Shown: positions 20,758 through 31,995, counted from the first letter of the stretch. The stretch: DNA of 64,000 nt from an uncultured delta proteobacterium (GCA_963695875.1 CAVOID010000011.1:1-64000); one strand, 5' to 3'. Translations and numbers: made by a program. The notes: generated from the letters alone by a model not told the origin.

Positions 20758-22073
20758 TGTTGACTCATAAATAAATGTTACCGAAGGATAGAAGTAAGTA
20801 AGGATCGTTGACTCATAAAACATGTTACTCAGCGGGAGAAGATTTTTTTAAGTTTTGTTTCCATAGCATTTCTTAGCAGAAATGGGTTACGGTTTTCAAG
20901 CTGTTTGGAGAGCGAGAGTTTTACTGATTCAGATATATGGGGAGATTCCATGACTCTCTGACAAGGGGTTTTCGGCGAGTCATGTTGTTTGGTGGTTTTA
21001 GAACCGATGCGTTCTTTGGCAATGAGTTTCACGGACGGGCAGAAGAAGTTGTGGAAGAGTCTCCATTCATTGCGGTAGAGGTTATTAAGAAGGGCGATGA
21101 CCCTGGGATTATCTAATCTCTGGTAACCGAGCCATTGGCGTACGTGCGTCCAGTTTTTCTGTTCTACATGTGCGTTATCATCTTTGTGGTACGGTCTGCT
21201 GCGGGTAAATTTTACGGGGTGTTTTCGTCGGGTAAAATGTCTCACGAGGTGATAATTTAAGAACTCTGATCCGTTATCGCAATCGAAGCCAAGGAGTGGA
21301 AAGGGGAGCATTTTTTCTATGTTTTTGATTTGTTTGAGGACGCCTGTTTCTCCTTTACCCCACACAGCTCTTTGTTCCGTCCATCCCGTGGCAATGTCCA
21401 CGCAGTCTATGGTATATGCGTACATTCCCAGCAATGACTCTCCACAATGGGCTACGGTATCGGCTTCAAGGAATCCCGGTTTTGATTCATCCCATTGGTT
21501 TGTTTGTATAGGTATTTGTTTCCTTAAGAGAGTTCCCGGTTTTGTTGTAGATCTGCCGCGTTTTTTATAGTGGATGCGGGTGGGTTTAAGAAGTCTATCT
21601 ATGGTAGCTGGTGAGATTTTTACCAGAGCTTCTGTGATCGGTGGAAGGAGTTCACCGTAGAGTTGAATATATCCTGGCAACCAGATAGGTAAAATGGCTT
21701 TTAGACGCTTTGAACAGGGGAGATTTGCTGCCAGCCATATCTGTTTTAAGGGCTTCAGAATCTCCTCATTTTGATAAACGGGAGGCTTCCCTCGTTTCTT
21801 CGGTCTTGGCTTCGTGAAGCGTTTAAATCTCCTGAGAAGGCGTATGGCATGTTTTCTATGGTATCCGCACGTTGTGCAGAACTCGTTCAGGATAATTGTT
21901 TTTTCATAGCGGGAAGCATTTTTATAGCGTAAATGGATTGCCTTAGTGTACTCTTTTTTCGATCGTGGACTCATAGATTATCCTCCTTTTTGGAGTCGGT
22001 GTTCGGTAACACCTATTTATGAGTCAACGATCCTTTTTTAAACACCTCTTGGGTAACATTTAATTTGAGGCAA
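20758..22073 (-). mobile_element. insertion sequence with two repeated ~22-25 bp motifs at each end; exact tips uncertain
   Basis: GTTGACTCATAAA-N-TGTTAC at 20759 and 20807; inverted copies at 22005-22028 and 22051-22073 flank the transposase. Confidence 0.8.
20829..21974 (-). CDS. DDE transposase (rve integrase core)
   Basis: N-terminal HTH (EFC..GYHRKHAIRLL), EADTVAH, DCDNGSEF, SRPYHKDDNAHVEQKN; AGGAGG RBS; intact frame. Confidence 0.9.
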   Translation of the reverse strand: MSPRSKKEYTKAIHLRYKNASRYEKTIILNEFCTTCGYHRKHAIRLLRRFKRFTKPRPKKRGKPPVYQNEEILKPLKQIWLAANLPCSKRLKAILPIWLPGYIQLYGELLPPITEALVKISPATIDRLLKPTRIHYKKRGRSTTKPGTLLRKQIPIQTNQWDESKPGFLEADTVAHCGESLLGMYAYTIDCVDIATGWTEQRAVWGKGETGVLKQIKNIEKMLPFPLLGFDCDNGSEFLNYHLVRHFTRRKHPVKFTRSRPYHKDDNAHVEQKNWTHVRQWLGYQRLDNPRVIALLNNLYRNEWRLFHNFFCPSVKLIAKERIGSKTTKQHDSPKTPCQRVMESPHISESVKLSLSKQLENRNPFLLRNAMETKLKKIFSR

Positions 22074-22161
22074 TTCGAGACAATCTTTATGTTTGACTTA
22101 TTTCGAAAAGTTAGCTTTATTGCTTCAGATACAGATCAAATTTCATAAATGGAGGTATACC

Positions 22162-22584
22162 ATGAAAGATTCCTTGCAGCCCGGACTGACTGTTGAGTTT
22201 AAGTACAAGGTACCGGAAAACAAGACTGTACCGTATCTTTATCCGGAATTTGGTGAAGGGCAGGTAATGCCGAAGGTTTTTGCTACGGGATTTCTCTTAG
22301 GGCTGTATGAGTTTTCATGTATCAAAGCGCTCAATCCCCATCTCGACTGGCCTAATGAGCAGACGGTTGGTATCGGCATGAATATGAGCCATACCGCGGC
22401 AACCCCGGCAGGAATGACAATTACCGTAAAGGGAAAATTGGAAAAGGTAGAGGGACGTAAATTGACGTTTTCACTGGAAGCATACGATGACGTGGAAAAA
22501 ATCTCCGGGGCAACACATGAAAGATTTGTTATAAATGCCGAAAAATTCAACGCTGCGATAGACAAGAAAACGGCTAAGAAATAA
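22162..22584 (+). CDS. FlK-like (fluoroacetyl-CoA thioesterase family) hotdog thioesterase
   Basis: VFATG...E..C, TVG..SHTAATP, H.RFVI; GGAGG RBS. Confidence 0.82.
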   Translation: MKDSLQPGLTVEFKYKVPENKTVPYLYPEFGEGQVMPKVFATGFLLGLYEFSCIKALNPHLDWPNEQTVGIGMNMSHTAATPAGMTITVKGKLEKVEGRKLTFSLEAYDDVEKISGATHERFVINAEKFNAAIDKKTAKK

Positions 22585-22620
22585 ATCGACAGGAATTTGA
22601 TCAGGTACTTTTGAAGACTT

Positions 22621-22658
22621 TAAGAGGTTCGTCAGAAATGACTAACCTCTTATTTTTT
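22621..22658. terminator. intrinsic terminator between the convergent thioesterase and tRNA-Leu
   Basis: TAAGAGGTT...AACCTCTTA stem followed by T7. Confidence 0.7.
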
Positions 22659-22745
22659 TGGTGCCGGAGCCCGGGGTCGAACCGGGATGCTCTTGCGAGC
22701 GGGGGATTTTGAGTCCCCTGCGTCTACCAATTTCACCACTCCGGC
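22659..22745 (-). tRNA. tRNA-Leu(CAA)
   Basis: reverse complement GCCGGAGTGGTGAAATTGGTAGACGCAGGGGACT-CAA-AATCCCC, long variable arm, TTCGA T-loop, encoded CCA. Confidence 0.95.
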
Positions 22746-22852
22746 ATTGTGTGGTGATTATATAAGGGCTTATCAAATGTCAAGAAAAATGTATTGACAA
22801 GCCAAGAAACCGTGTGCTAAGGCTTTGTTCCTATTGAGGATGTGCTTGGAGT

Positions 22853-22928
<76 letters not shown>

Positions 22929-23025
22929 GAAAATATTTGAGGGTTAGCTTATATTGGTTAACCCTTTTTTAATATCAGGAGATATTGAAGAATGCCTATA
23001 TTTTTATTTCAGGAGGTTTCGCCGT

Positions 23026-23559
23026 ATGTCTGAAACTAAACCCGACAAATGGATTTCATGGGTCGCCCTGGCGACGGCGATCATGGCGGTCTTTGCCGCA
23101 ATGACAACACTGTATCTGGGGAAGTACTCGTCCCGGGCCATTTTGAATCAGGGACAGGAAACAAATCAATGGGCTTATTATCAATCAAAAAGCATCAAGT
23201 CTTACATTTATGAAGTACAGAAACAAGAACTGGAACTGGAAATGATGCAGACGGCGGGAAAGCCGAAAGCGGTCACGGAAAAATATTCCAAACTTATCAA
23301 CGATTATGACAAGCAGATTAAACGCTATGAAGTAGAGAAGTCGGAAATCAAGACCCAGGCGGAGGCTATTGCAAAATCCAAGGAAGACGCTCAGACGCGG
23401 GCAGGGAATTTTGGGTATGGGCTTATTTTCCTGCAGATAGCCATCATGCTGTCTTCCATCTCTGCCCTAACGAAAAAGAAGCCTCTTTTCTATCTTGGAG
23501 TCGCGACAGTAAGCGGGTGGATATTTTTCTTCCTGGATGCTATATACTTATTTTATTAG
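23026..23559 (+). CDS. DUF4337-like membrane protein
   Basis: TM, NQWAYYQSKSIK, coiled coil, FLQIAIMLSSI plus TM; AGGAGG RBS. Confidence 0.7.
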   Translation: MSETKPDKWISWVALATAIMAVFAAMTTLYLGKYSSRAILNQGQETNQWAYYQSKSIKSYIYEVQKQELELEMMQTAGKPKAVTEKYSKLINDYDKQIKRYEVEKSEIKTQAEAIAKSKEDAQTRAGNFGYGLIFLQIAIMLSSISALTKKKPLFYLGVATVSGWIFFFLDAIYLFY

Positions 23560-23576
23560 GTATCGAGGATTTTTGA

Positions 23577-24290
23577 ATGAAAGAAATGGATCCGGAATCT
23601 CTGGCGGAATTTAACGGAAAGAACGGCAAACCTTTGTATATCGCATACCAGGGGAAGGTCTTCGATGTCAGTAAAAGCATATTGTGGGAAGGCGGCCTTC
23701 ATATGAACAGCCACTACGCGGCTCATGAACTCAGTGCGGAGTTTAATGAAGCGCCTCACGGGGAGGAGGTCTTTGAAAGGTACCCCCAGGTGGGGATTCT
23801 GAAGCAAAGCAAAACGCCTTTGAGACCCATGCCGGTATTCCTGGCATCTCTGATTGACCGTTTTCCCTCCCTGGAACGGCATCCCCATCCCATGACGGTT
23901 CATTTTCCTATTGTATTTATGTTATCAGCCCCATTTTTCAATCTTCTTTATCTCATTACAAACATACGCCCGCTTGAGAGTACAGCATTACACTGCTTGA
24001 TTGGCGGGATTCTCTTCCTGCCCGTGACCATGCTAACAGGATTCTTTACGTGGTGGCTGAATTACCTGGCGAGGCCAATGAAAAAGGTGGCGCTCAAGAT
24101 AGTATTTTCCAGTACTCTTCTTATCGCTTCCGCCTGCGCTCTTGTCTGGAGGATTATGAATCCCGGGATCCTGGACTCTCAAGGAATTGCGAGAATCCTT
24201 TACTTCTTAGTTACCCTGTCCTTTGTCCCGCTGGTGTCTCTCACCGGCTGGCTGGGAGCTAGTCTGATGTTTCCTATCAAGAAAAAATAA
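23577..24290 (+). CDS. cytochrome b5-like heme-binding domain fused to a DUF2231-type membrane domain
   Basis: FNGKNGKPLYIAYQGKVFDVS..W.GG.H...H; HPHPMTVHFPI plus 4 TM. Confidence 0.75.
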   Translation: MKEMDPESLAEFNGKNGKPLYIAYQGKVFDVSKSILWEGGLHMNSHYAAHELSAEFNEAPHGEEVFERYPQVGILKQSKTPLRPMPVFLASLIDRFPSLERHPHPMTVHFPIVFMLSAPFFNLLYLITNIRPLESTALHCLIGGILFLPVTMLTGFFTWWLNYLARPMKKVALKIVFSSTLLIASACALVWRIMNPGILDSQGIARILYFLVTLSFVPLVSLTGWLGASLMFPIKKK

Positions 24291-24545
24291 GAATGAAGCC
24301 TGTCTCTGTCTAATCCCTGAAAAGTGTTCTTTCAGCCCTCCATGTTACAGTTTATTTATCTACTTATCCTGTGTATATCGAATAATCTCTGCCATTAGAT
24401 TTTTGTCTTTGACAGGCAAAAAAATTCCGAAAACGTTTTTTTGTTTGACTTGTTCAAAAAATTCTTTTAAAAAACAGCATCGATCCAAACCTGTTATAGC
24501 GTCATACTGATATGTGCTATAGCTCTCTTCAAAAAGGAGGGTAAT

Positions 24546-25760
24546 ATGAAACGATTGTCACTTTTCGTCACACTGATGTTTGTCATTTGTCTTTCCTCAC
24601 TAAATGTTTATGCCCAGGACGTACTTAAGTTGGGCATCCCCTTACCGCTTACCGGTACCAACGCAAAATTCGGAGAAATAGAAAAGAAATCCTATGAGAT
24701 CGCTAAGGATGAAATAAATGCCAAGGGCGGCATCAAGGGTAAGAAGGTGGTTTTGGAATTTGAAGACTCTCAGGGCAAACCGGAAGTAGCGCGTTCTATC
24801 GTTGAGAGACTGGTAGATGTAAAAAAACAGCCAGTGGTCTTTGGCGAGTACAGCTCCTCCTGCTCCAAGGCAATCGCGGCGGTGGCTGAAGAAAGAAAAG
24901 TCCCGTATCTGGTCGTTACGGGTGCGACGGATGATATTACTCAGCAGAAATACAAATACGTATTCCGCATGAACCCGACGAATGCATACTATGCAACAGG
25001 ATTGATGTCATTCCTGAATACAGTCGTGAAACCAAAGACGATCGCCATTCTTTATGAAAGCTCGGATTTCGGCACCTCAGGTGCGGAGGATATGGTAAAT
25101 CAGGCGAAGAAAGCCGGTATGCAGGTTCTCATAAAGGAACAGTATGAAAAGGGTGCGGTGGATTTCAGGCCGATTTTATCGAAAGTAAAAGCGGCAAGAC
25201 CTGATGTTATTTACATGGTGTCGTATGTTATGGATGCGGCACTTCTCATGAGACAGATAAAAGAATTGAGGATTGACGCCAAACTCTATGCCGGCGGCGC
25301 TGCCGGATTTGCCATCCCGGAATTTGTACAAAATGCAAAAGAGGCTTCAGAGCTTGTGATGACAGCCACCCTCTGGAGTCCCCAGATAGCGTATCCGGGG
25401 GCAAAGCAGTTTGCGGAAAAGTACAAGAGACTCTATAAAGATTACCCCTCTTATCATGGCGCAGAGGCGTACTCCGCCCTCTATATTATAAAGGATGTGC
25501 TGGAACGGGCAAAATCCTGGAAGGCAAATGACATCCGTGCCGCCTTCAAAGCAACAAATATGATGACTGCCTTCGGCCCGATAAAATTTGAGGATAAAGC
25601 AGGTTACACGAACCAGAACTTCATGGATACCCTCGTGATGCAGGTCATTAAAGGCAAGCATGAAACTATCTGGCCGCAAAAATATGCAAGCGCACAATAC
25701 GTCTATCCTATACCGAAATGGAGAGAACAGAAGGTAACCAAGGGGAAATGGAATGCCTGA
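24546..25760 (+). CDS. branched-chain amino acid-type ABC transporter substrate-binding protein
   Basis: signal peptide, PLTG..A.FG, INAKGGIKG, GEYSSS. Confidence 0.88.
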   Translation: MKRLSLFVTLMFVICLSSLNVYAQDVLKLGIPLPLTGTNAKFGEIEKKSYEIAKDEINAKGGIKGKKVVLEFEDSQGKPEVARSIVERLVDVKKQPVVFGEYSSSCSKAIAAVAEERKVPYLVVTGATDDITQQKYKYVFRMNPTNAYYATGLMSFLNTVVKPKTIAILYESSDFGTSGAEDMVNQAKKAGMQVLIKEQYEKGAVDFRPILSKVKAARPDVIYMVSYVMDAALLMRQIKELRIDAKLYAGGAAGFAIPEFVQNAKEASELVMTATLWSPQIAYPGAKQFAEKYKRLYKDYPSYHGAEAYSALYIIKDVLERAKSWKANDIRAAFKATNMMTAFGPIKFEDKAGYTNQNFMDTLVMQVIKGKHETIWPQKYASAQYVYPIPKWREQKVTKGKWNA

Positions 25761-26677
25761 TCTTGAACTCTTTTTACAGACCCTGATAGCCGGGTTCCTG
25801 TTAGGCGGGCTTTACGGGCTGATTGCCCTTGGCATGGCGCTTATTATGGGTGTCATGAGGGTCATCAACCTTGCCCACGGCGATTTCATGATGATTGCCA
25901 TGTATATCGCCTACTGGCTCTTTACCCTTTTTGAGATAGACCCCTATCTCTCTGTGTTCGTTGCCGCCCCGGCACTCTTTTTGTTCGGGCTTGCCATTCA
26001 AAAGTACCTGTTAACCCCCGTCATGAAGGTGGAATCCATACTGCCCCATAACCTGGTGATACTCACCGTGGGTCTGGCTATGGTGTTTTCCAATCTCGCA
26101 ACCGTGTTTTTTCACCGGCGACTATCGGTCAACACCGGTAAGCTATGCTTCGAATGCCTGGTATCTGACGGATTACTGGCCGGATTCTCCCATAGAACTG
26201 TCCCTTTCCATGCCGTGGACATTGTCGTTTGTCATTGCGGTTATTATCACAATAGCCCTATGGATATTCCTCACCAAGACGGATACGGGGAAATCCATCA
26301 GAGCCACATCGCAGGACCTCGATGCGGCGCTCCTTATGGGCGTCAATGTAAACCGCGTCAGGATGGTGACCTTCGGTATCGGCATGATCTTGGTTGCCGC
26401 TGCCGGCTGTCTTTTCATCCCTATCTATTATCTCTACCCGGCGCTGGGGAGACAATTTACGAACGTCGGGTTCGTTATTACGGTCATCGGCGGCATGGGT
26501 TCAACAGACGGGGCTATTATCGGAGGGTTAATCCTCGGTATCTTTGAGTCCATGACAGCCACCTATATCGGGATGGGATGGGCGCCTGCGGGAAGATTCG
26601 CAATTTTCGTGGCAGCCCTCGTATTCCTGCCCGGAGGGGTTGCATCAATCCTCAGGAAGAGGAGGTTGGGAAAATGA
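25753..26677 (+). CDS. livH: ABC permease LivH-type (one frameshift near 26110)
   Basis: GVMRVINLAHG; GKSIRATSQD..AALLMGVN; IGGMGS. Confidence 0.85.
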
Positions 26678-27618
26678 AAAAATTCCTGCCTCTGATAATC
26701 TTCGCCGCCCTTTGCGCTGTCCCGCTCATGGATCTCAGCTCATACGTCATGCACATCCTCATCCTTGTTTTAATGTGGTCGGTAATTGGCATGGCATGGA
26801 ACATCCTGGGCGGATATACAGGCCAGGTTTCCTTTGGACATGCCGCCTTCTTCGGCTTTGGCGCATACACGGCCGGGATTCTTTATTACCATTTGGAGAT
26901 ATCGGCCTGGTGGGGCATACCGGCGTGCGTAATCGTACTCACAGCGCTTTCCCTTGTTGTCGGATATATCTGTTTGCGGCTTCGGGGCGCTTACTTCGCC
27001 CTTGCCACCCTTGCCCTCGGTGAGATATGCCGGGTGACCACAGAAAACCTTGTCGATTTCACCCAGGGGAATCTTGGAATAATGATAAGGGAAAGGACAT
27101 GGGTTGATAAGACCTGGTACTTCTATATTATACTCCTCATTGCCGCGGGAACATATGTCCTGATTAAGGTAGTAATGGAATCCAAGCTCGGATATTATTT
27201 TGTGGCAATCAGGGAAGATCAGGATGCCGCGGAGTCCCTTGGAATTGACACAACCTTTTATAAAACAATCTCTCTCTGCTTAAGCGGTGTCCTCACCGGT
27301 ATCGCGGGCGCCTTTTTCATGAACTACATGGGATATATCGATCCCGGCGTTGTATTTCCCCTCTATGACATTTCCATAACAATAGTGATGGTCGTCATGG
27401 TCGGCGGCGCCGCCACTTACTGGGGCCCCATTGTGGGCGCCGTCATCATGGTTTTCCTTGCCGAGGAAATACGCTCTATCCCGTATATAGGGGCGGCCCA
27501 CATGACCATCTTCGGCGTCATTCTCATACTGATTATACTGTTCCTGCCAAACGGCATTGTCGGTGATTATCGTAAAATGCTGAAGCCGTTCAAAAGCAAG
27601 AAGGTAGCGTCATCATGA
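26674..27618 (+). CDS. livM: ABC permease LivM-type
   Basis: [46 protein letters not shown]. Confidence 0.88.
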   Translation: MKKFLPLIIFAALCAVPLMDLSSYVMHILILVLMWSVIGMAWNILGGYTGQVSFGHAAFFGFGAYTAGILYYHLEISAWWGIPACVIVLTALSLVVGYICLRLRGAYFALATLALGEICRVTTENLVDFTQGNLGIMIRERTWVDKTWYFYIILLIAAGTYVLIKVVMESKLGYYFVAIREDQDAAESLGIDTTFYKTISLCLSGVLTGIAGAFFMNYMGYIDPGVVFPLYDISITIVMVVMVGGAATYWGPIVGAVIMVFLAEEIRSIPYIGAAHMTIFGVILILIILFLPNGIVGDYRKMLKPFKSKKVASS

Positions 27619-28340
27619 GTCTCATCGAGGTGAAAGATGTTACCATGCGATTTGGCGGACTTGCCGCCGTCGCAGACGTTTCCTTTGTACTGAACAAAGG
27701 TGAGATCCTTGGTCTCATCGGCCCGAACGGCGCGGGAAAGACAACTTTGTTCAATGTGATCAACGGATTTTACCATCCTACGAAAGGCGATGTGTACTTA
27801 AAAGGGAAAAAGGTTACAAACCTGAGACCCCATGTATTGTGCAAGCTGGGTGTGGCAAGAACTTTTCAGGTGGTAAGGCCGCTGCAGAGAATGACCACTC
27901 TCGATAATGTGATTGCTTCTGCTTTTATAAGGACCAAGAGCAAAGCGGAAGCGGAAAAATTGTCCCTTGAAGTATTGAAGTTCACCAACCTTCATGACGA
28001 CATCAACGTTCTCTCCAAAGGCCTGCCCCTCGGTAAAAGAAAAAGGCTCGAGATTGCCCGCGCCCTTGCCACACAACCGGAAATCATCTTACTCGATGAA
28101 GCTTTTGCCGGACTTAACCCGACAGAGATTAACGAGCAGATCGAGATCGTAAATAAGATCAGGACGGAAAGGGGGATCACCATTCTGATTATCGAGCATC
28201 ATATGAGGGTGATCATGGCTGTCTCCGATAGGATTGTCGTGCTGAATTATGGCCAGAAAATAGCAGAGGGTACGCCTTCAGAAATTGGTCACAATCCCGC
28301 CGTGATTGAAGCTTACCTGGGAGAGGAAACCAGTGCTTGA
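27615..28340 (+). CDS. livG: ABC ATPase LivG-type
   Basis: [31 protein letters not shown]. Confidence 0.9.
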   Translation: MSLIEVKDVTMRFGGLAAVADVSFVLNKGEILGLIGPNGAGKTTLFNVINGFYHPTKGDVYLKGKKVTNLRPHVLCKLGVARTFQVVRPLQRMTTLDNVIASAFIRTKSKAEAEKLSLEVLKFTNLHDDINVLSKGLPLGKRKRLEIARALATQPEIILLDEAFAGLNPTEINEQIEIVNKIRTERGITILIIEHHMRVIMAVSDRIVVLNYGQKIAEGTPSEIGHNPAVIEAYLGEETSA

Positions 28341-29037
28341 GATCAAGAACATTGATGTCTTTTATGGCGATGTCCAGGTCATCTGGGATATTTCCTTCGA
28401 AGTAAAACAGGGCGAGATTGTCGCTCTCATCGGTGCGAACGGGGCAGGGAAGTCAACAACCCTGAAAACAATATCCGGCATCCTGAGACCCAGGAATGGT
28501 GAAATACTCTTTAATGATATACCGATTCATAAGGTGGAGCCTTACAGGTTAATCGAACTCGGAATTGCCCATGTGCCGGAAGCAAGAAGGCTTTTTGTAG
28601 AAATGTCCGTGGAAGAAAATCTCGACATGGGTTCTTTAAAAGGGGAAGCAAAAAAGGAGCGTGAAATAACGAAACAGTTAGTGTTCGAACTGTTTCCCAG
28701 ACTTCTGGAAAGAAGGAGACAACTTGCAGGAACCTTAAGCGGAGGCGAGCAGCAAATGCTTGCCATGGGAAGGGGACTCATGTCCAAGCCAAAACTGCAG
28801 ATGTTTGACGAACCGTCCCTCGGTCTTTCTCCTATCCTTGTGAAGGATATATTTAATGTCATAAAGAGAATAAAAGCAGAAGGAACAACAGTACTGATCG
28901 TGGAACAGAATGTTAAGCAAACACTCGCCATAGCCGACAGGGTTTATGTCCTGGAAAACGGAAGAATAGCCCTTCAGGGGACAGGTGCAGAGTTGCTAAA
29001 CAATGAACATGTCAAGACAGCCTACCTTGGTGTTTAA
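28333..29037 (+). CDS. livF: ABC ATPase LivF-type
   Basis: GANGAGKST, LSGGEQQM, DEPSLGL, EQN. Confidence 0.9.
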   Translation: MLEIKNIDVFYGDVQVIWDISFEVKQGEIVALIGANGAGKSTTLKTISGILRPRNGEILFNDIPIHKVEPYRLIELGIAHVPEARRLFVEMSVEENLDMGSLKGEAKKEREITKQLVFELFPRLLERRRQLAGTLSGGEQQMLAMGRGLMSKPKLQMFDEPSLGLSPILVKDIFNVIKRIKAEGTTVLIVEQNVKQTLAIADRVYVLENGRIALQGTGAELLNNEHVKTAYLGV

Positions 29038-29147
29038 TTCAATGAGCCGTGGCCCTTTGCAAGGCAAAACCGCATAACATTGAAACATGCAAATCTGAGC
29101 ATTTTTTCTCCGAAAAAGAAGCGTCAATGTTTCATTCTCGAATATAT

Positions 29148-29425
29148 GAACAATCCGGTAACGCCCTGTATTAATACTCAGTTACAATGTGTTTAATGAG
29201 CGATCTGGCACCATTATAGCCATGGCGCTGACGAGTCAACCCCAGAAAGCAGGACTCCCTTTAACCTTCGAACTATCAAAGCCACGACTACCCAAAAAGT
29301 CCTGAGTTAAAATCAGCCAAATTCGTACTCTTTCAACTACACGCCTCGGTAAAAGGATGACCAAAATATCTCCTGAAGAGATCGATTTAATTATTGAAGG
29401 GCTAATTGAAATAATTAGTGGTTAA
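29148..29425 (+). pseudogene. 5'-truncated PemK/MazF toxin pseudogene (not in the ORF track)
   Basis: manual translation EQSG/RPVLILSYNVFNERSGTIIAMALTSQPQKAGLPLTFEL...LPKKS*VKISQIRTLSTTRLGKRMTKISPEEIDLIIEGLIEIISG*; internal TGA at 29303 and a frameshift near 29160. Confidence 0.8.
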
Positions 29426-29480
29426 CAAGCGACTGCATGGCAACGCGGTAATATTACGGGCGTGAGCCGCATCGTTAAGC
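29420..29480 (+). other. integron attC-like site
   Basis: GGTTAAC...GTTAAGC ends, 61 bp, internal imperfect dyad (AAGCGACTGCA / TGAGCCGCATC); the mazF stop codon lies inside the TAAC box. Confidence 0.65.
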
Positions 29481-29832
29481 CAAATGCAAGCACAACGAAT
29501 GGAGAACATATACCAATTTCTTGGCACCTCAACTTTGGGCATGTTTGACGCGGGACATTTAGGGCGGGCCATTGCGTGTGGCCTGTTTCGTAATCAATGA
29601 TTACCATGCGCTCAGTTCTTCCTGAAGTCAGGTGTCAGGCAATTTTGACTTGCATACTATCTTTCAAACGGTAATCCTCATTGACTGTTATCAATAAGAG
29701 AAGATATATTGCAAACTATAAACCTTTCTGCTAAATAACATTTTCTTCCATCTGATATATGAATAAGTAGATATTCATTGAAATCACGACGGTTGCTTAT
29801 CCCTCAGGTCTCTGCGGAGAAAGTGACTAGCC

Positions 29833-31857
29833 ATGAAGAAAACCGAGCCCAAATCGAAAAAGAATGCCGGTAACCGTAGAAGGGTGGAAACAGACATGCC
29901 TAAGTCCGCGGAAAACATCGCGGATAAATCTCCCGTTCAAATGAAAAAAGTCATTGATGAACTGCAGGTCCGCCAGGTAGAACTGCAGACACAGAATGAG
30001 GCATTGCGAAAGTCACAGATCGAGTTTGCAGATCTGCACCGTAAGTACAGCAACCTTTATGACTTCGCGCCAGTCGGGTATTTGACATTAAACAGGCGTT
30101 TAGAGATCATTGAAACGAATGTAATAGGCGCTTCCCTATTAGGGGGCACGAAGCGGGCTATACCCGGCCAGACTTTCCTCCAGTTTATCTCTTCCGGGTT
30201 CGTGGCAGTATTTCAGGAACATCTCCAGCAGGCCATCTTAACAAAAAAAAAGCAGAAGTGCAGAATGAAGCTTCTTGGCAAATATAGATACCCGTTTGAG
30301 GCCCTGATCGATACCGTAGCAGTTGTAAATACCAAAGGTAAGTTGGATCACTGGCGTTGTTCGTTCACCGACATCAGGGATATCGCAAGAATGGAAGAGG
30401 CCCTGCGGGAAAGCGAGCAGCGCTATCGTCACATCGTGGAAGACGGCGTGGAATTTATTGGCCGCGCGAAGGTCGATGGTACAATAACATTTGTCAATCG
30501 GGCTTTGTGGCATCATTTCAGTATGAGTCGTAAGGAGTTTCTCGGGAAAAAAGTTATAGACTTTATTTCTGATGAGGACCGTGAAGCATTCTTGAAATTC
30601 CTTTCCTCACTCACTCGTCAAAACCCCGTCGCCGATATTGAACAGAGAGTTATGATGCCAAACGGTAATATGCGCTGGCATCTCTGGACGGTCCGGGCAA
30701 TTTATAGCCCGAGTAGCCGATTCATCGAGTTCCATGGGTTTGGCCATGATATCACTGATCGCAGACAGGCAGAGAAATCTCTCTTAGCATCAAGGCAGGA
30801 GATCCAGACCATCCTCGAAAGTATGACAGATATTTACCTCGTCCTTGACTGCAATTGGCGCATCATCGAAATGAACTCGGAAGCGGAAAAAATAATTAAG
30901 GTAAAAAGGGGAAATCTTCTAGGGAAGGTTTTTTGGGATTTATTTCCTCAGGCCGTCAATAATGATTTCTATAAGCATTATCACATCGCCATGGAGGCCC
31001 AGGTGCCTGTTCATTTTGAAGGCGCTTCCGATATTTTCCCCGGGGTCTGGTTTGAGACCCATGCCTATCCTTCGCAGAAAGGTTTATCGATTTTTTCACG
31101 CGACATTACCGAGCGCAAGAAGATAGAGGAAGTTCTGAAAAAGCATTTGTCAGAACTCGAGGCCGCAAATAAAGATCTGGAGAGCTTCAGCTACTCCGTT
31201 TCCCATGACTTGCGGGCCCCCCTACGTGCTATCGATGGGTATGCACGCATGATACTTAAAAAACAGGGGGATACATTTGATGAAGAGACCCTGAGAAAAT
31301 TTAATGAAATAAGGTTAAATGCACATATGATGGGCCAGCTCATCGACGATCTCCTAACATTCTCCCGCCTAGGCAGGAAGCACATGTCCACTGCAAATCT
31401 GGACATGAATGCCCTTATCGGGGATGTATGGAAAGAACTCACAGTCATCAACCCGGAAAGGGAAATAACACTGACAATGAGCAGCCTGCCTTCCTGTCAT
31501 GGTGACCGGACGCTCATGAGACAGGTATATGCCAATCTTCTTTCGAATTCCGTTAAGTTCACAAGGAATCGGGATGCTGCCCGGATTGAAGTGGGCGGCT
31601 ACACCGACGGGAATGAGGTTATATACTATGTCAGGGATAACGGCGTCGGCTTCGATATGACATATTATGACAAACTGTTTGGTGTCTTTCAGCGTCTCCA
31701 CAGTACCGATGATTTCGAAGGTACCGGGATCGGCCTTGCGCTTGTCAAACGTATCGTCCACAGGCATGGCGGACGTGTATGGGCGGAAGGAAAAATAAAT
31801 GAGGGATCGATATTCTATTTCACGCTACCCCATAACGGAGATAAATTAATCTCATAG
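29833..31857 (+). CDS. multi-PAS sensor histidine kinase
   Basis: three PAS/PAC blocks, H-box FSYSVSHDLRAP, NLLSNSVKF, DNGVGF, GTGIGL. Confidence 0.92.
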   Translation: MKKTEPKSKKNAGNRRRVETDMPKSAENIADKSPVQMKKVIDELQVRQVELQTQNEALRKSQIEFADLHRKYSNLYDFAPVGYLTLNRRLEIIETNVIGASLLGGTKRAIPGQTFLQFISSGFVAVFQEHLQQAILTKKKQKCRMKLLGKYRYPFEALIDTVAVVNTKGKLDHWRCSFTDIRDIARMEEALRESEQRYRHIVEDGVEFIGRAKVDGTITFVNRALWHHFSMSRKEFLGKKVIDFISDEDREAFLKFLSSLTRQNPVADIEQRVMMPNGNMRWHLWTVRAIYSPSSRFIEFHGFGHDITDRRQAEKSLLASRQEIQTILESMTDIYLVLDCNWRIIEMNSEAEKIIKVKRGNLLGKVFWDLFPQAVNNDFYKHYHIAMEAQVPVHFEGASDIFPGVWFETHAYPSQKGLSIFSRDITERKKIEEVLKKHLSELEAANKDLESFSYSVSHDLRAPLRAIDGYARMILKKQGDTFDEETLRKFNEIRLNAHMMGQLIDDLLTFSRLGRKHMSTANLDMNALIGDVWKELTVINPEREITLTMSSLPSCHGDRTLMRQVYANLLSNSVKFTRNRDAARIEVGGYTDGNEVIYYVRDNGVGFDMTYYDKLFGVFQRLHSTDDFEGTGIGLALVKRIVHRHGGRVWAEGKINEGSIFYFTLPHNGDKLIS

Positions 31858-31995
31858 GATCGCTTGCACATGCATATCATTTATAACAAATGTCTTGAAT
31901 TACCATTCTTCTTTAAATCGTGATGAGGTTATGCTAATTCTTGCGACGAAATGCGTGTGAAACTTAAAAGATCTGAGGTTTTTAGAGGCTTTTGA

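Noticed and set aside
29303..29305. In-frame TGA in mazF as a possible selenocysteine or recoded Trp
   Set aside because: The position corresponds to Trp rather than Cys, there is no SECIS-like hairpin, the gene is otherwise broken, and TGA is used as a normal stop throughout the window.
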